64,000 nucleotides of DNA. Origin: Batkoa obscura. Lineage: Eukaryota. This document shows, in pieces, positions 12,126-25,034 of this stretch. The position numbers and the translations under genes are program-made. The notes beneath the pieces are model-generated. The model was not told where the DNA came from. It saw only the letters and a list, made by a program, of their open reading frames with translations, and ran no database searches. Position 1 is the first letter of the stretch. Every line of letters begins with the position of its first letter. The stretch lies in the NCBI GenBank assembly GCA_030770535.1, contig JASVEC010000003.1:930001-994000 (forward strand). Direction: 5' to 3'.

Positions 12126-12586
12126 AAAATAGTCAAAGGATAAGTAACTGTAATAATGGATAAAAGCTGTTATTATATTGCTTGCATTACATATGGATGG
12201 TTAGTTATAGCTTTAGGACTAACTACTCCCCCCTATGCTATTGTTTATTGACTTAGTAATATATTAATAATGTAATTATAATTGAAGTAATTTATTCATT
12301 TGATAGCAAATCTGCAATGTTGGATATAAAGCAGTCAATAATAAATATTTTTTAATGAAGTTTCATAGGAATATATATTTATTTACATACTACAACTTCG
12401 ACTAATATTAATATATAGGCTATATTAGTAAAAGCCTTGCTAATCCAGGAATTTGTATTAAACTTAATAAAAACTCCACTAACTTATGATATAAATTATA
12501 ATAAAATAATTTAAAACTGTATCGAGTACTTTTGCATTTTAATAAAGAATGTTTTTATAGAATTTTAAGCAGTGTTTTTAAAATAT

Positions 12587-12662
12587 AGGGATGTTTTTTT
12601 GGTTTCATTACTTTTTCAATTTTTAAGCACTACTTGAGTGGAAAGATTGTTGGTAAAATTTT
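12587..12662 (-). mobile_element. Truncated MITE in copy C
   Basis: AGGGATGTTTTTTTGGTTTCATTAC... lacks its second end. Confidence 0.82.
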
Positions 12663-12773
12663 CAAAAATTGGATGAAAAAATGAAACCAATTCAGATATC
12701 CCCATTTTTTTTTAGAAATTTTTTTGTATAAATTCAAAATTATTTTTAAAATCAAGCTGCTAAGTTTATATAT

Positions 12774-12871
12774 GGGGGTGTTTTTTTGGTTTCATTATTT
12801 TTTCCATTTTTTAAGCGCTATTTGAGCGGAAACATTGTTAGTAAAATTCTTAAACACAAAAATACATCCCC
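12774..12871 (-). mobile_element. ~98-bp MITE copy, near consensus
   Basis: GGGGGTGTTTTTTTGGTTTCAT...AATACATCCCC; ATAT TSD. Confidence 0.93.
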
Positions 12872-12910
12872 ATATATATAAGTAACATCAAATTAAAATA
12901 AGTAATAAAT

Positions 12911-13008
12911 GAGGGTGTTTTTTTTGGCTTCATTATTTTTTCCATTTTTAAGCGCTATTTCAGTGGAAAGATTGTTAGTAAAATTCTTAAACAAAAAAAT
13001 ACATGCTC
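12911..13008 (-). mobile_element. ~98-bp MITE copy
   Basis: GAGGGTGTTT...ATACATGCTC. Confidence 0.88.
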
Positions 13009-13029
13009 ATAATATATATAATAAAAGCT

Positions 13030-13128
13030 GAAACTTTTTTTTGATTATTATTTTTTCCATTTTTTAATTGCTATTTATTTGAGTAAAATAACTGTTAGTA
13101 AGATTCTTAAATAAAAAAAAACACTCTC
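13030..13128 (-). mobile_element. Degenerate MITE copy
   Basis: Internal TTTTTTCCATTTTTT...GTTAGTAAGATTCTTAAA; left end decayed. Confidence 0.75.
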
Positions 13129-13797
13129 ATATCTCCTAGTACTTTGATTTTTGAAAATTTTTGGTAAAAAATATTTTGTATTTAAATTATTATTAATAAT
13201 GAAATTTATATAATAATTAAATTAGCAGTTTTATAAAATGATTATAAATATAATAATATTATTAAATTAAACCTTTAAGTTAATAGACAGCGTATAAAGA
13301 TGTACCTCTCTATGTATTGATACTAATCAAAGTTGTAATATTTGAATAAACACATATTTTTGTAAAACCTTATTAAAAACACTTATTACTGTGCTGTCTT
13401 TATAACTAATATTAAAAATAAGTTATTTGTTTATTTAATAACTTATTTTATTATCATAATTATATTATTAATATATTATTAAGTTAATAAAAAACTATAA
13501 TTGGCCATTTTTATATAATATAAGTAATATAATGATTATTTTTATTTATTATTACATCTACTTGTTTTTTGATTATTTATTAATTTAGCTATTAATAGCT
13601 TGAATAATATAAATATTTAATAGTTGCTTAATGAATATTAAAACTTTTAAATTTTCTATTATTTTTGCAAAATAAGCTAAACTTAATTTTTTGATTTTTT
13701 TTATAGACTTTGTAACTTTAATTGGAATTATATCGCTTTTTTTAAATCTATCAGATATTTATAATAGTGTAACTTGTTATTATATTTAATAAAATAT

Positions 13798-13895
13798 AGA
13801 GGTATTTTTTTTGGCTTCATTATTTTTCCATTTTTTAAGCACTATTTGAGTGGAAAAGTTGTTAGTAAAATTCTTAAACATAAAAATACTTCCCC
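13798..13895 (-). mobile_element. MITE nested in copy D
   Basis: ATAT flanks; about 75 bp of host sequence missing at the site. Confidence 0.9.
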
Positions 13896-14508
13896 ATATC
13901 TGTTTTCCTATTATTAACAGTTAAGTTGTTAATTTTGTGTTCATAAATAAAAATCTCAAATTTCGAAATTAATTGATTAATATCTTTTATTTTGTCTAAT
14001 ATAATGTTCTAAAACTATTTTTCCGTTATAAATTTCATGAATTTTTTTAAATATATAACACAAAACTTTTGAAATTTAAAATAGTTTCTTGTATCTGCTT
14101 ATATATAATTTTTATAAACTTTTTAAATAAAAGCTTTTTCAATATTGAATTAATTGAATAGTTTCTTACATATGCTAACTCATGATTCAATATTTCAGAT
14201 AAGTAATCAAAATAAACTTTGCTTATTATTTTATCATTTTTTAAATATAAAACATCAAAACTTTAATACTAATATAGCTTGTTTATTATAATAATCTAAA
14301 TTTATTAAATCTGGTTTTATTTTTATTTCCATATTTAATTTTAATTATTTAACTATTTAATTATGTTTTTTAAGTATTAATAATAAGTTTGTATAATTTA
14401 TATGACTTTTCTTTTTAATATTTTTTTTTATCTCTGGTTTATTTTTTATAACTGTATTCATTTTATTTCCAAATAATTTTTTTCTAACTATATACACTGG
14501 GGATATAT

Positions 14509-14607
14509 GGCGATGTATTTTTGTATTCAAGAATTTTACTAACAATTTCTCCACTCAAATAGCGCTTAAAAGATGGAAAAAATAATGAAACCAAAAAAAA
14601 CATCCTC
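14509..14607 (+). mobile_element. MITE nested in copy D
   Basis: ATAT flanks; about 110 bp of host sequence missing at the site. Confidence 0.9.
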
Positions 14608-15673
14608 ATATATTGTTTTTTTACTTTTATATAATATATATTACCTGATAAATATTTATTGTCTTTGTTTTTTTTGCTTTATTATAAAATTTCATAAACT
14701 CTGAGTTAGTGAATAGTTGTTAAAATTGATGTAAGCGAATTACAATGTTTATATAATGTGTTTTTCCTTATTATATTAAAATTTTAAAAAATTCCATTTC
14801 GAAGTTCAGTTATAAAAGCTTGCGCATTTTGTTTTTATTTTAATAAAAAACAAAGTCAAATAACTATATATTTATATATTATATATCTATCAAACATTTA
14901 ATAAAAATAATATGAAATATATAGCTAACTTTTTTAATTACTTAAAAAATAAAACAGTTAAAATGAGTCTTTTAATTTTTTTTTTATATTTAATTTAAGC
15001 TTTTTAAATTTAACTAAATTATACATTAAAGACTTACAAATTTAAAACTTAAAATTTAGATTAATTTTTGAATAAATTCTGAAATTAATTTAGATATCCT
15101 TGTATGTTATTTATTTTTGATAAAATTTTTTAATAGTTTTGTTTTGATTTTTAGCCGAAAAGCTAGAAAAGATTTTTCTCAACCTTTATTGTTTTAATAT
15201 CAATAACATAACCAATTTATAATATATTAATTCAATAAATTATAACATGTTTTGAATTTATATTTAAGCATTTTAAATTTTTTATTTTTGATAATATTTT
15301 TTAGATTTTTTATTAAGTTTGATTTGTTTAAATATGTTATTAATAATAAAATCAGCATTTTCCATATAAACAGTATTTTTAATTAATAAAATAAAATATA
15401 TTGGTATCAAATACAGAATGGATGGTAAAAACATAATTTTTTCATATACTGAATATCTTGCTTTAGAATTTTTTTTAATAAAAAGTATTTTGATCAATTG
15501 TTCAGCTTTAGATAATAATAATTTAAACATTTAAATGTAAGTCTATTGCCTTTTTTATATAAGCTCTATTTTACAATTTAGCTTGAGTATTACTTATTTT
15601 TAAGTCTATTCTATTTAGACTTTTACTAATAAAGCAATAGTTTTTTTTGAAGTTTCATAAATTCTGCAATACT

Positions 15674-16139
15674 TGTGAAAGTTGACACTCAAGGGTCGGA
15701 GTTAAAAGCTACTCTTGCTTAATTAACTTGTCTTGAGTCGAAAGGTCTTAGTTTATGTAACTAAGATGGACTTAACTTAATAGAAATAGTACGTAATAAG
15801 CTACGAATTGTGTAAAACAAGTATAATGGAAGATACTACTATAAAATCTATGTAAGATGTTGTCAGAAAGACTTAATGACTTTATTAATGATACGTTATC
15901 AAGGAGTAATTCAGTTAAAAAGCCTCAAGCTAGTATGCTGAAGGATCTCTTTTGTACTCCAATAGGTATGGATATCAAAACGAGAGGATATTATTCTTTG
16001 GAATATGAAGTTATAAATTCTCGCAGCAAATCAAAATAAGGGACTCTAACTTGATTGATTGTGTTTGAACTTGAGAACACAGCAACTTAAGTGATTGTTG
16101 TGTTATAATCAATTCAAGAGCTAATAAACCAATTTTTCA
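15674..16139 (+). mobile_element. Solo-LTR-like element, longest copy
   Basis: TGTGAAA...TTTTCA termini, flanks TACT/CACT, AATAAA near the 3' end; two more copies in the window. Confidence 0.65.
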
Positions 16140-16856
16140 CACTTGTATACTTTTTATATTTATATGAGTTTTATCAGTATTGATATATACCTAAGATAAA
16201 TCTGAGCTTGTGAATAATTATAAAAAATTACACTAAGAAACAATAAAATTATGCTACAAATATTTCAAGCCGATAAAGTAAAGCATACTATACTATGTAA
16301 AAAAACTTTTTGGTATGAAATAAAGCCAGAAGGGAGTGTTTAATGCATGCAAAAGCTTATTAAAGGACTTCTGAAATTATAAGTTTATTTTAAAATAAAA
16401 TGTATTTTAAAGTAAATCAATTATTACTTAAATGTAATTGCAATTTAAAATATTTAATTTGTTTCAAAATCCAACTAACTTTTGAAACTAAGCTTAAATT
16501 TGAATAATTACCAATTTAATCACTTAAAAATATTCAATTGAAATTCATTTATTTAGATATTTATTAAAAAGTTGCCTTTGTTAACTTTATAACTTTTAAA
16601 TCAAATTCAAATTAAGCTATTTATTAACCTATATTTTATTAATTTAATATAAGAGTATATTATCAAAAACCAATAAAGCATTTTTGAACTAAAGGTGTTA
16701 TTAAAGATACAACGTTATAGAAAATAAGCCTCTTTGTTTCAAATGGATTAGCAGTTTCAAACTAACTATTAATATTAATAAAGCTAAGTTATTTTTAAAA
16801 CAAAATTTAAATTTCAAAAAAGTGTATATAAATAAACAAAAATTGATATTAGACTT

Positions 16857-16956
16857 GGAGGTGTATTTTTTTGTTTAAGAATTCCACCAGCAATTTTTCC
16901 ACTCAAATAGCCCTTAGAAAATGAAAAAAGTGATGAAGCCGAAAAAAATATCCTCC
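16857..16956 (+). mobile_element. ~98-bp MITE copy
   Basis: GGAGGTGTATTTTT...AATATCCTCC. Confidence 0.85.
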
Positions 16957-18678
16957 ATATAGTAAATTTAGTTTAGTTTAAACTTTAATTGTTTTAAATT
17001 ACAAAGACTTTAAGCTTTATTAACTTACTTTTACCAAACATCCATCACAGTGGAAAGGGCTCCTATAATATGTATTTGAGTAATTTAGAAAAGTTCAAAG
17101 GGAACTTAACTTGGTGGTGGGCTTTTTTCAGATGGATTAAATACTGACAAGATAAAAAAGGAGGTAAAAGACCACCCCTGATTCACTTTTGAAAACGGCA
17201 GTTTATTTACTAATTTTTATAAAACTAAATTTAATTACCTTTTTCATTTAGTTGCAGATATTACAAAAATGTAATTAAACCCCAAAGAACAATGGAATTG
17301 AATTTACTTAGTAATAAAGTAAAAGATACTTGGGTTTTCTTGTATTATCTTTAAGAGCCATAAAAACTATAAAAAGTTACGATTTGTATTTGGAATGGTA
17401 GTTTTAACTATAATAAGAAGATGGTTGATAATATGACTGAGTATATATAGCAAGTTATCTTCAAAAGTTTATTAAAAAGATTCAAAAAAAGCAATAACTT
17501 GAGATAAAGATAAAGGCTCGATGACCTTCCTAAAGTTGCTTTTATTATCGAATGGTCTGTATAACAGGTGCCAGAGATTATTAGTACTTTAAAGTACCAA
17601 GGTTTTTTTGGAAAGAAACACAGTATGTACTGTATGAGTGTGAGTATTGCCATCTTCTTAATGGGAGAGTATATGGTATAAGTTCTTACATATATGTGAG
17701 GAGAAACATAATTTTCATACTTTTTCAAATAAAATAAGCTGCTTAATGGTATATTAGTCTTTTAAAGAAAAAGAGTGGCAAAGCATTTTATGTGATAACA
17801 ATAATAAAATAACTCTTTACAAAAAACCATTGTTTTTGCTTTATCTTACCAGATTTTATCTCGAAATAAATAGTATTTAAAACTTTAGTGTTATTTTAAA
17901 TAAAATGGCATTACCGTTATCTTAATACTTTTTAGTTCACATTTATTTTTTTTAAATAATTTTAACTAAAATACTAATTAGTGTTATCAAATTAAATAAT
18001 ATTTTTAATAACGTAGAATTCTAAAAGCGAATTTGGAATCCTTGTTTGATTTGAGAGCTTAGGAATTTTTGATTTATCTGTACGTTTGATAAATAGCCAT
18101 TGGATTCAAAAGTCAACATACTTGAAATTAACATTTCAATTAACTATCCTTGAATTTTTCGTATTAACTTTTTATCTGCTATATAGTATACAAACAACAC
18201 AAATTTACCCAAAAATTAACTTTATTTTCAAAAATAATTAAAACCAAATAGTAAGGAATGGTGGTTTCAAAAGACAGTGGTGTTTTTAAAACCAGACTTC
18301 TGATTTCATTTTTTCCTCTAATTATATGATAGATAACATTAAAGGATTTTTCAATAATCAGAGTTTAATGGAAAATAATTTTAACTTGAAAAATTTATTG
18401 GTTTTTTGTTTTCAGCCAATTTAAAAATAAAAACAATCAAAGATTATGTTGACCATATTACTTTGATACATTATTGTGAAATTCAATCGTTAAATTTATA
18501 AATCATTTAGTATTCTTTTATCATGTTCTACTTTACACATTTTTATACTGGTAAATTCGTTCAAAATTCTGTTTTTTTAAAAAATATCTTTTTATTATTT
18601 TGCCAAAAATTTCAACTTAAGGCGCACAAATTGACCATTTTATGCTTTCTTGTATTCCACTACTTTAAAACAACATAC

Positions 18679-18775
18679 GAGGACGTTTTTTTTGGTTTCA
18701 TTACTTTTTTCATTTTTAAGCGTTCTTTCAGCGGAAAGATTGTTAGTAAAATTCTTAGACACAAAATACATTCGC
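18679..18775 (-). mobile_element. ~98-bp MITE copy
   Basis: Perfect ATAC TSD. Confidence 0.88.
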
Positions 18776-19569
18776 ATACATGTTAAATTCTTAGATATAT
18801 TTTTATGATTTATTAAAATCTAAAAAAACAGAAAACCATCTTGTATCTCTCCTCCCCGTGTGTTTTATTAAATTATTTTATGGAATGCATTTATCTTCTT
18901 TAATGTTTTTAACTTCCTTTAATCTCTAACCTTTTTAGTATCAAAAGGCTTATTATGTATTAACTTAGTCACTCAACATATACTCATACTCCTTGCATTA
19001 TTTTAATACCATGTTAACTGTAAAAAAAGCTTTAGGATTTCATTTCTCTCAAACCTCACTCATGTTGTGTTTTGAGGGAGGATATTAAAGCCTATACAAA
19101 AAAAGATCATATATTGCTATCTACAAGCGTTTCAATTGCAACTTTAAAGTTTTAGCTTTTAGTAACTCTATTTGGATAGCTATCAACATTCTGTTTTAGC
19201 TTTAGTACTCTATTTTAACCTGAATCTTATCTCCTGCTTTTCAAGCATTACTACTACCAACAAACTATGGGAGCTTTTTGGGTCCTTCAAAATTTTAAAA
19301 AAAAATCGTTGGTCTTTTAGAGCTTAACAAGTGAAAAATGATAAAAAATCGTTAAAATATTAATTCTGAGTTTAAAAAGGAAATAACATTTTAAAAAAAA
19401 GCATATTTGTAATTTTATGTTTACCATGAAACTACTAGACTAGACAAAACTGAATTTGATTTAGCCTTGATTCATGAAAATGGCGTTTTGCAAACTTGAA
19501 ATTTTTCAAATTTATTTTCAAACTAAATTCTAATCAGCACATAAAAACTCTAATAGTTTGCTATAATAT

Positions 19570-19677
19570 GGGGATGGGATGTATTTTTTTGTTTGAGAAT
19601 TTTACTAACAATCTTTCTGTTCAAATAGTTTGCTTGAAAAATGAAAAAAGTGATGAAGCCAAAAAAATATCCCCTTC
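19570..19677 (+). mobile_element. MITE copy with duplicated GGGAT start
   Basis: GGGGATGGGATGTATTTT...AATATCCCCTTC. Confidence 0.85.
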
Positions 19678-19932
19678 ATAAATTTTAAAGCTTATCCTTA
19701 GAATAAAACAGAAGTTTGAATTTTATTCAAATATTATATAGAATAATAACCAACTGAGATTAGATTAGATGCACAATTTTTCTTGATTACAATTTTATAA
19801 ATCAAATTTTATTTTATTTATTTATCGTAAACTGTTATTTATTATTTTCAAATTAATCGCCATTAAAAACTATCAATACTCATACCTATAATCACATAGT
19901 TTTGTAGAAATTTTTGAGATTAGTCAACATCT

Positions 19933-20038
19933 GGGGATATCTTTTTTGGCTTCATTTATCACTTTTTCTATCTTTTAAGCGCTATTTGAACAGAAAAAGT
20001 GTTAGTAAAAAATCTTAAAGCATAAAAATACATCCCCC
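19933..20038 (-). mobile_element. MITE copy
   Basis: Perfect ATCT TSD. Confidence 0.9.
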
Positions 20039-21223
20039 ATCTCATCTTTCATGTCTTAGGTTGTTAAATTAATTCTATTTGGAACTTTATTTATTTTTTT
20101 ATAACGGTTATTTTTACGCCCCATTATAGAGAATAAAAATGGACAGATGATTATATTCAAAAGTACATGTTTACTTCTTTTTTTAACTGTTATTTTTGCT
20201 CCTTTTTTATTACCAAAAGTTATTACAAATAACCAAAATATTACATGATCGTAGTATTCTTGATTGTCAATCTACACTGATTGGTGGTTACTTATAGAAT
20301 TTATAAATACGATATTAAATTAAAAATCTATAGAACATTTCAATCAACTTGATCCTATTTAACTGGTTACCTTATATTGTCTAAAACCCACCATATTATA
20401 ATTCTTTACAGACAATAAATTGCTTCATTCTACCACACTGTTTGTTTTATAATGTAATAATTATGCAAAAAACTTAAATTTATTGTGTTTTGTTTAAAAC
20501 TATTAAACAGAGAAAAACACAGAAATTAATAAAAATAGCTTCGATACTTAAAAGAAAAAAATCGTTTATTTCAAATTTAGTTTTAGACTTAGGCCCGTTC
20601 CTTGTATTTGTTAATAATTAGGCTAAAAATTTTACTTGAGCTATAAGTTATTAAGTTTTATTTTTGCTAATCCCTTGCTATATCTATTCATTTATTATCT
20701 TCAACTTTGTTTAAATTAAATATCTTTATTTTTTACATAATGGTTGATTGATTTTTTTATTGACTACTATGCTTTATTCAATTATTGACATTGTTAATTT
20801 ATAGTAATTTGTTAATAACAAGCATTTAATTTCTCTTACAAAAGTTACCAATATAATTCTTGGATTAAAAGTTAAATAAAAAGTTAAATATTTGATGTGT
20901 AAATTTTTTTACAAACTAATCTATAGACCTTTTATATATACCGAATTGACATATTAATTGAAGACTTACCACTAAGATGTAGTTAAAACTATAAAAGTGA
21001 AGTATTAAAAAGTAGACAAATTAGTGGATTTTTAACCTTAATCTTTGATGATAATAAATTAGTCAACCATTTTAACCTATTATAACTAATACTTATAATT
21101 CATAAATTAAATGTAGATTTTTACACTATTTTAATTATATTAAAGGATCTGGTTTAGCTTTTTCAATCACAAAATCTTTACTTGGATTTACTGAAAACTT
21201 ACCGATTATGTTAATTGAGATCT

Positions 21224-21296
21224 GGGGGATTTTTCAAGCAACTAATTTGAACAGAAAGATTGTTAGTAAAATTCTTAAACAAAAAAATACATCTCT
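21224..21296 (-). mobile_element. Internally deleted MITE copy
   Basis: GGGGGATTTTT...GATTGTTAGTAAAATTCTTAAAC...ATACATCTCT. Confidence 0.8.
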
Positions 21297-21859
21297 ATAT
21301 CTGTAAGATTAAATTTATTAAGAAAGTTTTGCATAATTATTTATCTTTCCCCTTTTTTATTAGCAGTTTCAATAATTGCTCTTTGTTTGTTATCAACAAA
21401 TAGCTTTTGACTACATCTTTTACATCACTTGCTTGAATTTGCTTATATTATAGTCAAACCACTTTAACACAATTAAAAATTTTACGATATAATAATTTCC
21501 CATTTAGAACCCAATTTCTCATAAATAGTTTTTACAATTATTGACCCTTGAGCATAAATCTTAGTTGATCTTAGATTTGATAAATTGTTGCTAATTTTCT
21601 ATACATGATTTGGTTTTTGTTAGTAATCATTTCTAAAAAATAGAGTGATCTTAAATATTACCAATATTAATATTAGATCAAAACGCCACCCACTTGACTT
21701 TTTAATTTTAATTGACCAAGCCCCTCAGATCGTTTAATATTTTACAACAGTCTAATAATATTGATTTTAAAACTCTTAAGCATAGGTTTTTTTGACTTCA
21801 ACCAGTAAATTTATGTAAATTTATATTATAGGATGTTAAATTATTATATTTAATCATAT

Positions 21860-21959
21860 GGGGATGTATTTTTTTGTTTATGAATTTTACTACTAATTTT
21901 TCCGCTCCAAATAGCCCGCTTAAAAAATGGAAAAAGTGATGAAACCAAAAAAACACCTC
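21860..21959 (+). mobile_element. MITE copy
   Basis: ATAT TSD. Confidence 0.9.
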
Positions 21960-23335
21960 ATATACTGTTATTAATGTATGTCTTCATATGTTTAATAGAA
22001 ATAATAAAAACAAAAATAGCAGAAAAACTTAAATACAAATAAATTTTGCTACATTTTTATTGCTAGTGGAGTGGATGAATTTATTATATAGTACGCGAAA
22101 TGCATTAGATAAATGTAACAAAACTATGATCCTTAGCATAACATTTTATTAAATACTAATACAAATATTGCTTTGTTATGTGAAAAAAGTCAAGATAATT
22201 ATTATAAAACCATTAATTTAAAAAACAATAAATTTTTAATATTTAAAACCACTACACCTGCTGCTGCAAAACAAAGATTCTAAAAAACTATATTTTTGGC
22301 TAGTATTTAAAAACAGGCTTTTGTCACTTAGGGAGAACTATACTTTACTTTTACTTTACATCCAATTTTTAGGTTCTACTTTCTCGATTTTTGTAGTTTA
22401 TTAAGTAGAGACTGAGCCTTAAAACGGAAGAAATATTCGATTTCACCCAATAAAATTCATTTTTAGATCATTTTATATCTGATCAATAATAATACATTTC
22501 AATTTTAAAAAAAAAAAACAATTAAAAAGCTTAGCTTAATGTAATCAGGTTCGTTTGATTAGAATGACCAAACTTGCTTTTATGACAAAAGGTTAGCGTA
22601 ACATTTAATGCAATACACAGTAAGTATAAAGCCAGAAAATATTGGCTAATTTTAAAAACCTTTAATTGTATTTTAAATAAAAATCATATAAATATAGTCA
22701 AACTTAGATGAATTAACTATATTTCATTGCTTTATATTTTTTAGAGGTTATCTAGTTTTTATAGAAGCTTTATTTAAATTTAAAAAATTAATAAACAATA
22801 TTAATGTATATAAATAAATATATTATAAAAAGATGTTCAATTACTAGTATTTAAATTTAATAATTAAATTTGGTTTTTTTTAAAGATATATAAATAGTTG
22901 TAAGTCAATCATAAAAATTAGTTTTCAATTAAAAATGACTACTATCTATAACGCAAAGGTTTTTAAAGTGGCTAATAATTTCCAACTTTATTGTATAACT
23001 TTAATAACAGCCAGGATAGCAGCTTTATATCAAATATTAAAAAAAGAACTTTTACTAATAAATCAATATTTAGTTTATTATTTATATATTGTTATATTAA
23101 TAAATAAACACTGTTACAATACTTTATTGTTTTATATTATATCTAATTAAATTGATGTATATTTACTTTTTATTATTATGCTAGCTAAATAATTAATACT
23201 GTCCTGTTATTAAGTTTATTGCTCCCAACATTTTTGCATCTAAGGATTTAAAATACTTAATTGATAAAAATCCTAATAATGATTAACAAAAAAAGCTGCT
23301 AAATACTATAATATCAGAAAATAATTTAATCAAAA

Positions 23336-23432
23336 GGGGGTTTTTTTTGGTTTCATCACTTTTTCCATTTTTTAAGCGCTATTTGGGTGGAAAGATTGTT
23401 AGTAAAATTCTTAAACAAAAAAATACATCCTC
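23336..23432 (-). mobile_element. MITE copy
   Basis: GGGGGTTTTTTTTGGTTTCATC...ATACATCCTC. Confidence 0.9.
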
Positions 23433-23953
23433 ATATTAAAAAAACCATAAAACAAACTTTAACCTTAGTAAAAAGCATAAATGCCTAAATGCTTAATATT
23501 TAAAATGTAAGTTATTATAGCAGAAAAATTCAAAATAATAATTGAATAGCATATTTTTTTGTCAATTATAAAAAAATTTATCTTATAAAAAGATTTAATT
23601 TGTAATTTGGTTTTTTTTGTTTAAAGATTATTTGTAATTGATTAATAAATTATTAGCCGAAAAACAATAAATATGAATAAACAGGCTATTAATTTTAAAT
23701 ATTTGTAATTTTCAATTTATTGATTTTTATTTTAATAACCAATCTATATACAACTTTATTATTATTTTACAACTATAAAACGCTAAACCAAAGCTAAGAT
23801 GAAAATGTTTTATGTAAATTTAAGAAAATTAAAGCAGAACTTGATAATTTTAATTTTAATAATATTTATATTTATAAACTAGTTAAATTTAGTAAAGATC
23901 TTTAATTTAATTATTACATTGATATTAATATCTATATCTATATATTTACATAT

Positions 23954-24677
23954 AGAGGTGTTTTTTTGGCTTCATCACTTTTTTCCTTTTTTATTAAAAT
24001 AAAAACAAAATGCAAGCTTTTATAACTAAACTTCGAAATGGAATTTCTAAAAACTTTAATACGATAGGGAAGAAGCACATTATATAAACATTGTTAATTC
24101 ATTTACATCAATTTTAACAGCTATTCACTAACTCAGAGTTTATGAAATTTTATAATAAAACAAAAAAAAGAAAAGAACAGTTATTAAAGTTTATTATTAA
24201 TAATAATAAAACAATAACATTACAACCTATTATTAAAAATACAAAAAAAATTAAAGATGAGTAAATTGAGATTATTATACAATATTTACTTGATAATTCA
24301 ACTATTTCATCTTGATTCAATAAAAAAAATAATGATAATAAATATTCGTCAGATAATATATATATTAAATAAAAGTAAAAGAATGATATACAGTAAGTAT
24401 TTTAATGATTTAAAAGATAAAGCAGTAGCTAGGTCAACATTATTTAAATATATACCAAATAATTTTAAAAATCCAGCAAGAAAAACAGATTTATGTAATA
24501 TATGTATGTGCCCAGTATACCAGTTAGAAAAAAGTTATTTGAAAATAAAATAAATATAGCGACAAAAAATAAAGCAGAGATGGGGATGCATTTTTTTGTT
24601 TAAGAATTTTATTACCAATTTTTTTGCTTAAATAGCACTTAAAAAATGGAAAATAATGAAACCAAGAAAACACCCCC
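23954..24677 (+). mobile_element. Composite unit: MITE end, then near-identical inverted copy of 10487-11352, ending in a MITE
   Basis: The 98-aa ORF at 24257-24553 is identical to that at 10612-10908; 174-bp internal deletion; same MITE end on both sides in inverted orientation; ATAT flanks. Confidence 0.8.
24582..24677 (+). mobile_element. MITE copy duplicated from 10487-10583
   Basis: Shares private variants such as GATGCATTT and ATTACCAATTTTTT; flanks AGAT/ATAT. Confidence 0.9.
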
Positions 24678-25034
24678 ATATATTAATAAAAAATAGGTTT
24701 ATTTGTTTAAAATTAGAAAAAATTATTATTTATTTAAAAAACTATAATTTATACAGACTTTATTAAAGTAAAAACTATGCTATAAAAATAATATTTGTTA
24801 TAATAAGTATAAAACTAAACATGGATATTATACTGAAAAACATTTAATAAAGAATAAAAAAAGTTTTTTTTTAAGCTTATAAATTTTAATGAGTCCAATT
24901 GATTTTTTAAATACCAAATTATAAAAAAAACTAATTAAACAAATAACTGCTGAAATTTTTCCAAATAATTGCATAATTTAACTTTAATAGCTATAAAAAA
25001 CAGTTTAAAATTTAGAATATTGATTTTGTTATAT

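Larger units (their letters stand above)
11972..12703 (+). mobile_element. Partial Sola-like copy C, opposite orientation, one TIR
   Basis: Starts in transposase sequence (IWTDTGNRFKS read from 11968), then subterminal sequence, ends TGAAACCAATTCAGATATCCCC. Confidence 0.82.
13310..15101 (-). mobile_element. Heavily mutated Sola-like copy D, left end missing
   Basis: Collinear with copy B; ends TGAAATTAATTTAGATATCCTT; keeps a ~110-bp segment that is deleted in copy B. Confidence 0.8.

Noticed and set aside
12774..13128. Closely spaced ~98-bp repeats as a CRISPR-like array
   Set aside because: Copies occur in both orientations with irregular spacing, TIRs and TSDs, in a eukaryote with no cas genes; they are MITEs.
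15120..15670. hAT-like transposase relic (minus strand, VEK-IFS resembling SERxFS)
   Set aside because: Too degenerate and AT-rich to support without a search; no termini found.
15857..16039. 60-aa ORF as a gene
   Set aside because: Lies inside the LTR-like repeat, in a part largely deleted from the sister copy.
24190..24215. 174-bp gap in the duplicated fragment as a spliced intron
   Set aside because: The boundaries are an 11-bp direct repeat, not GT-AG.
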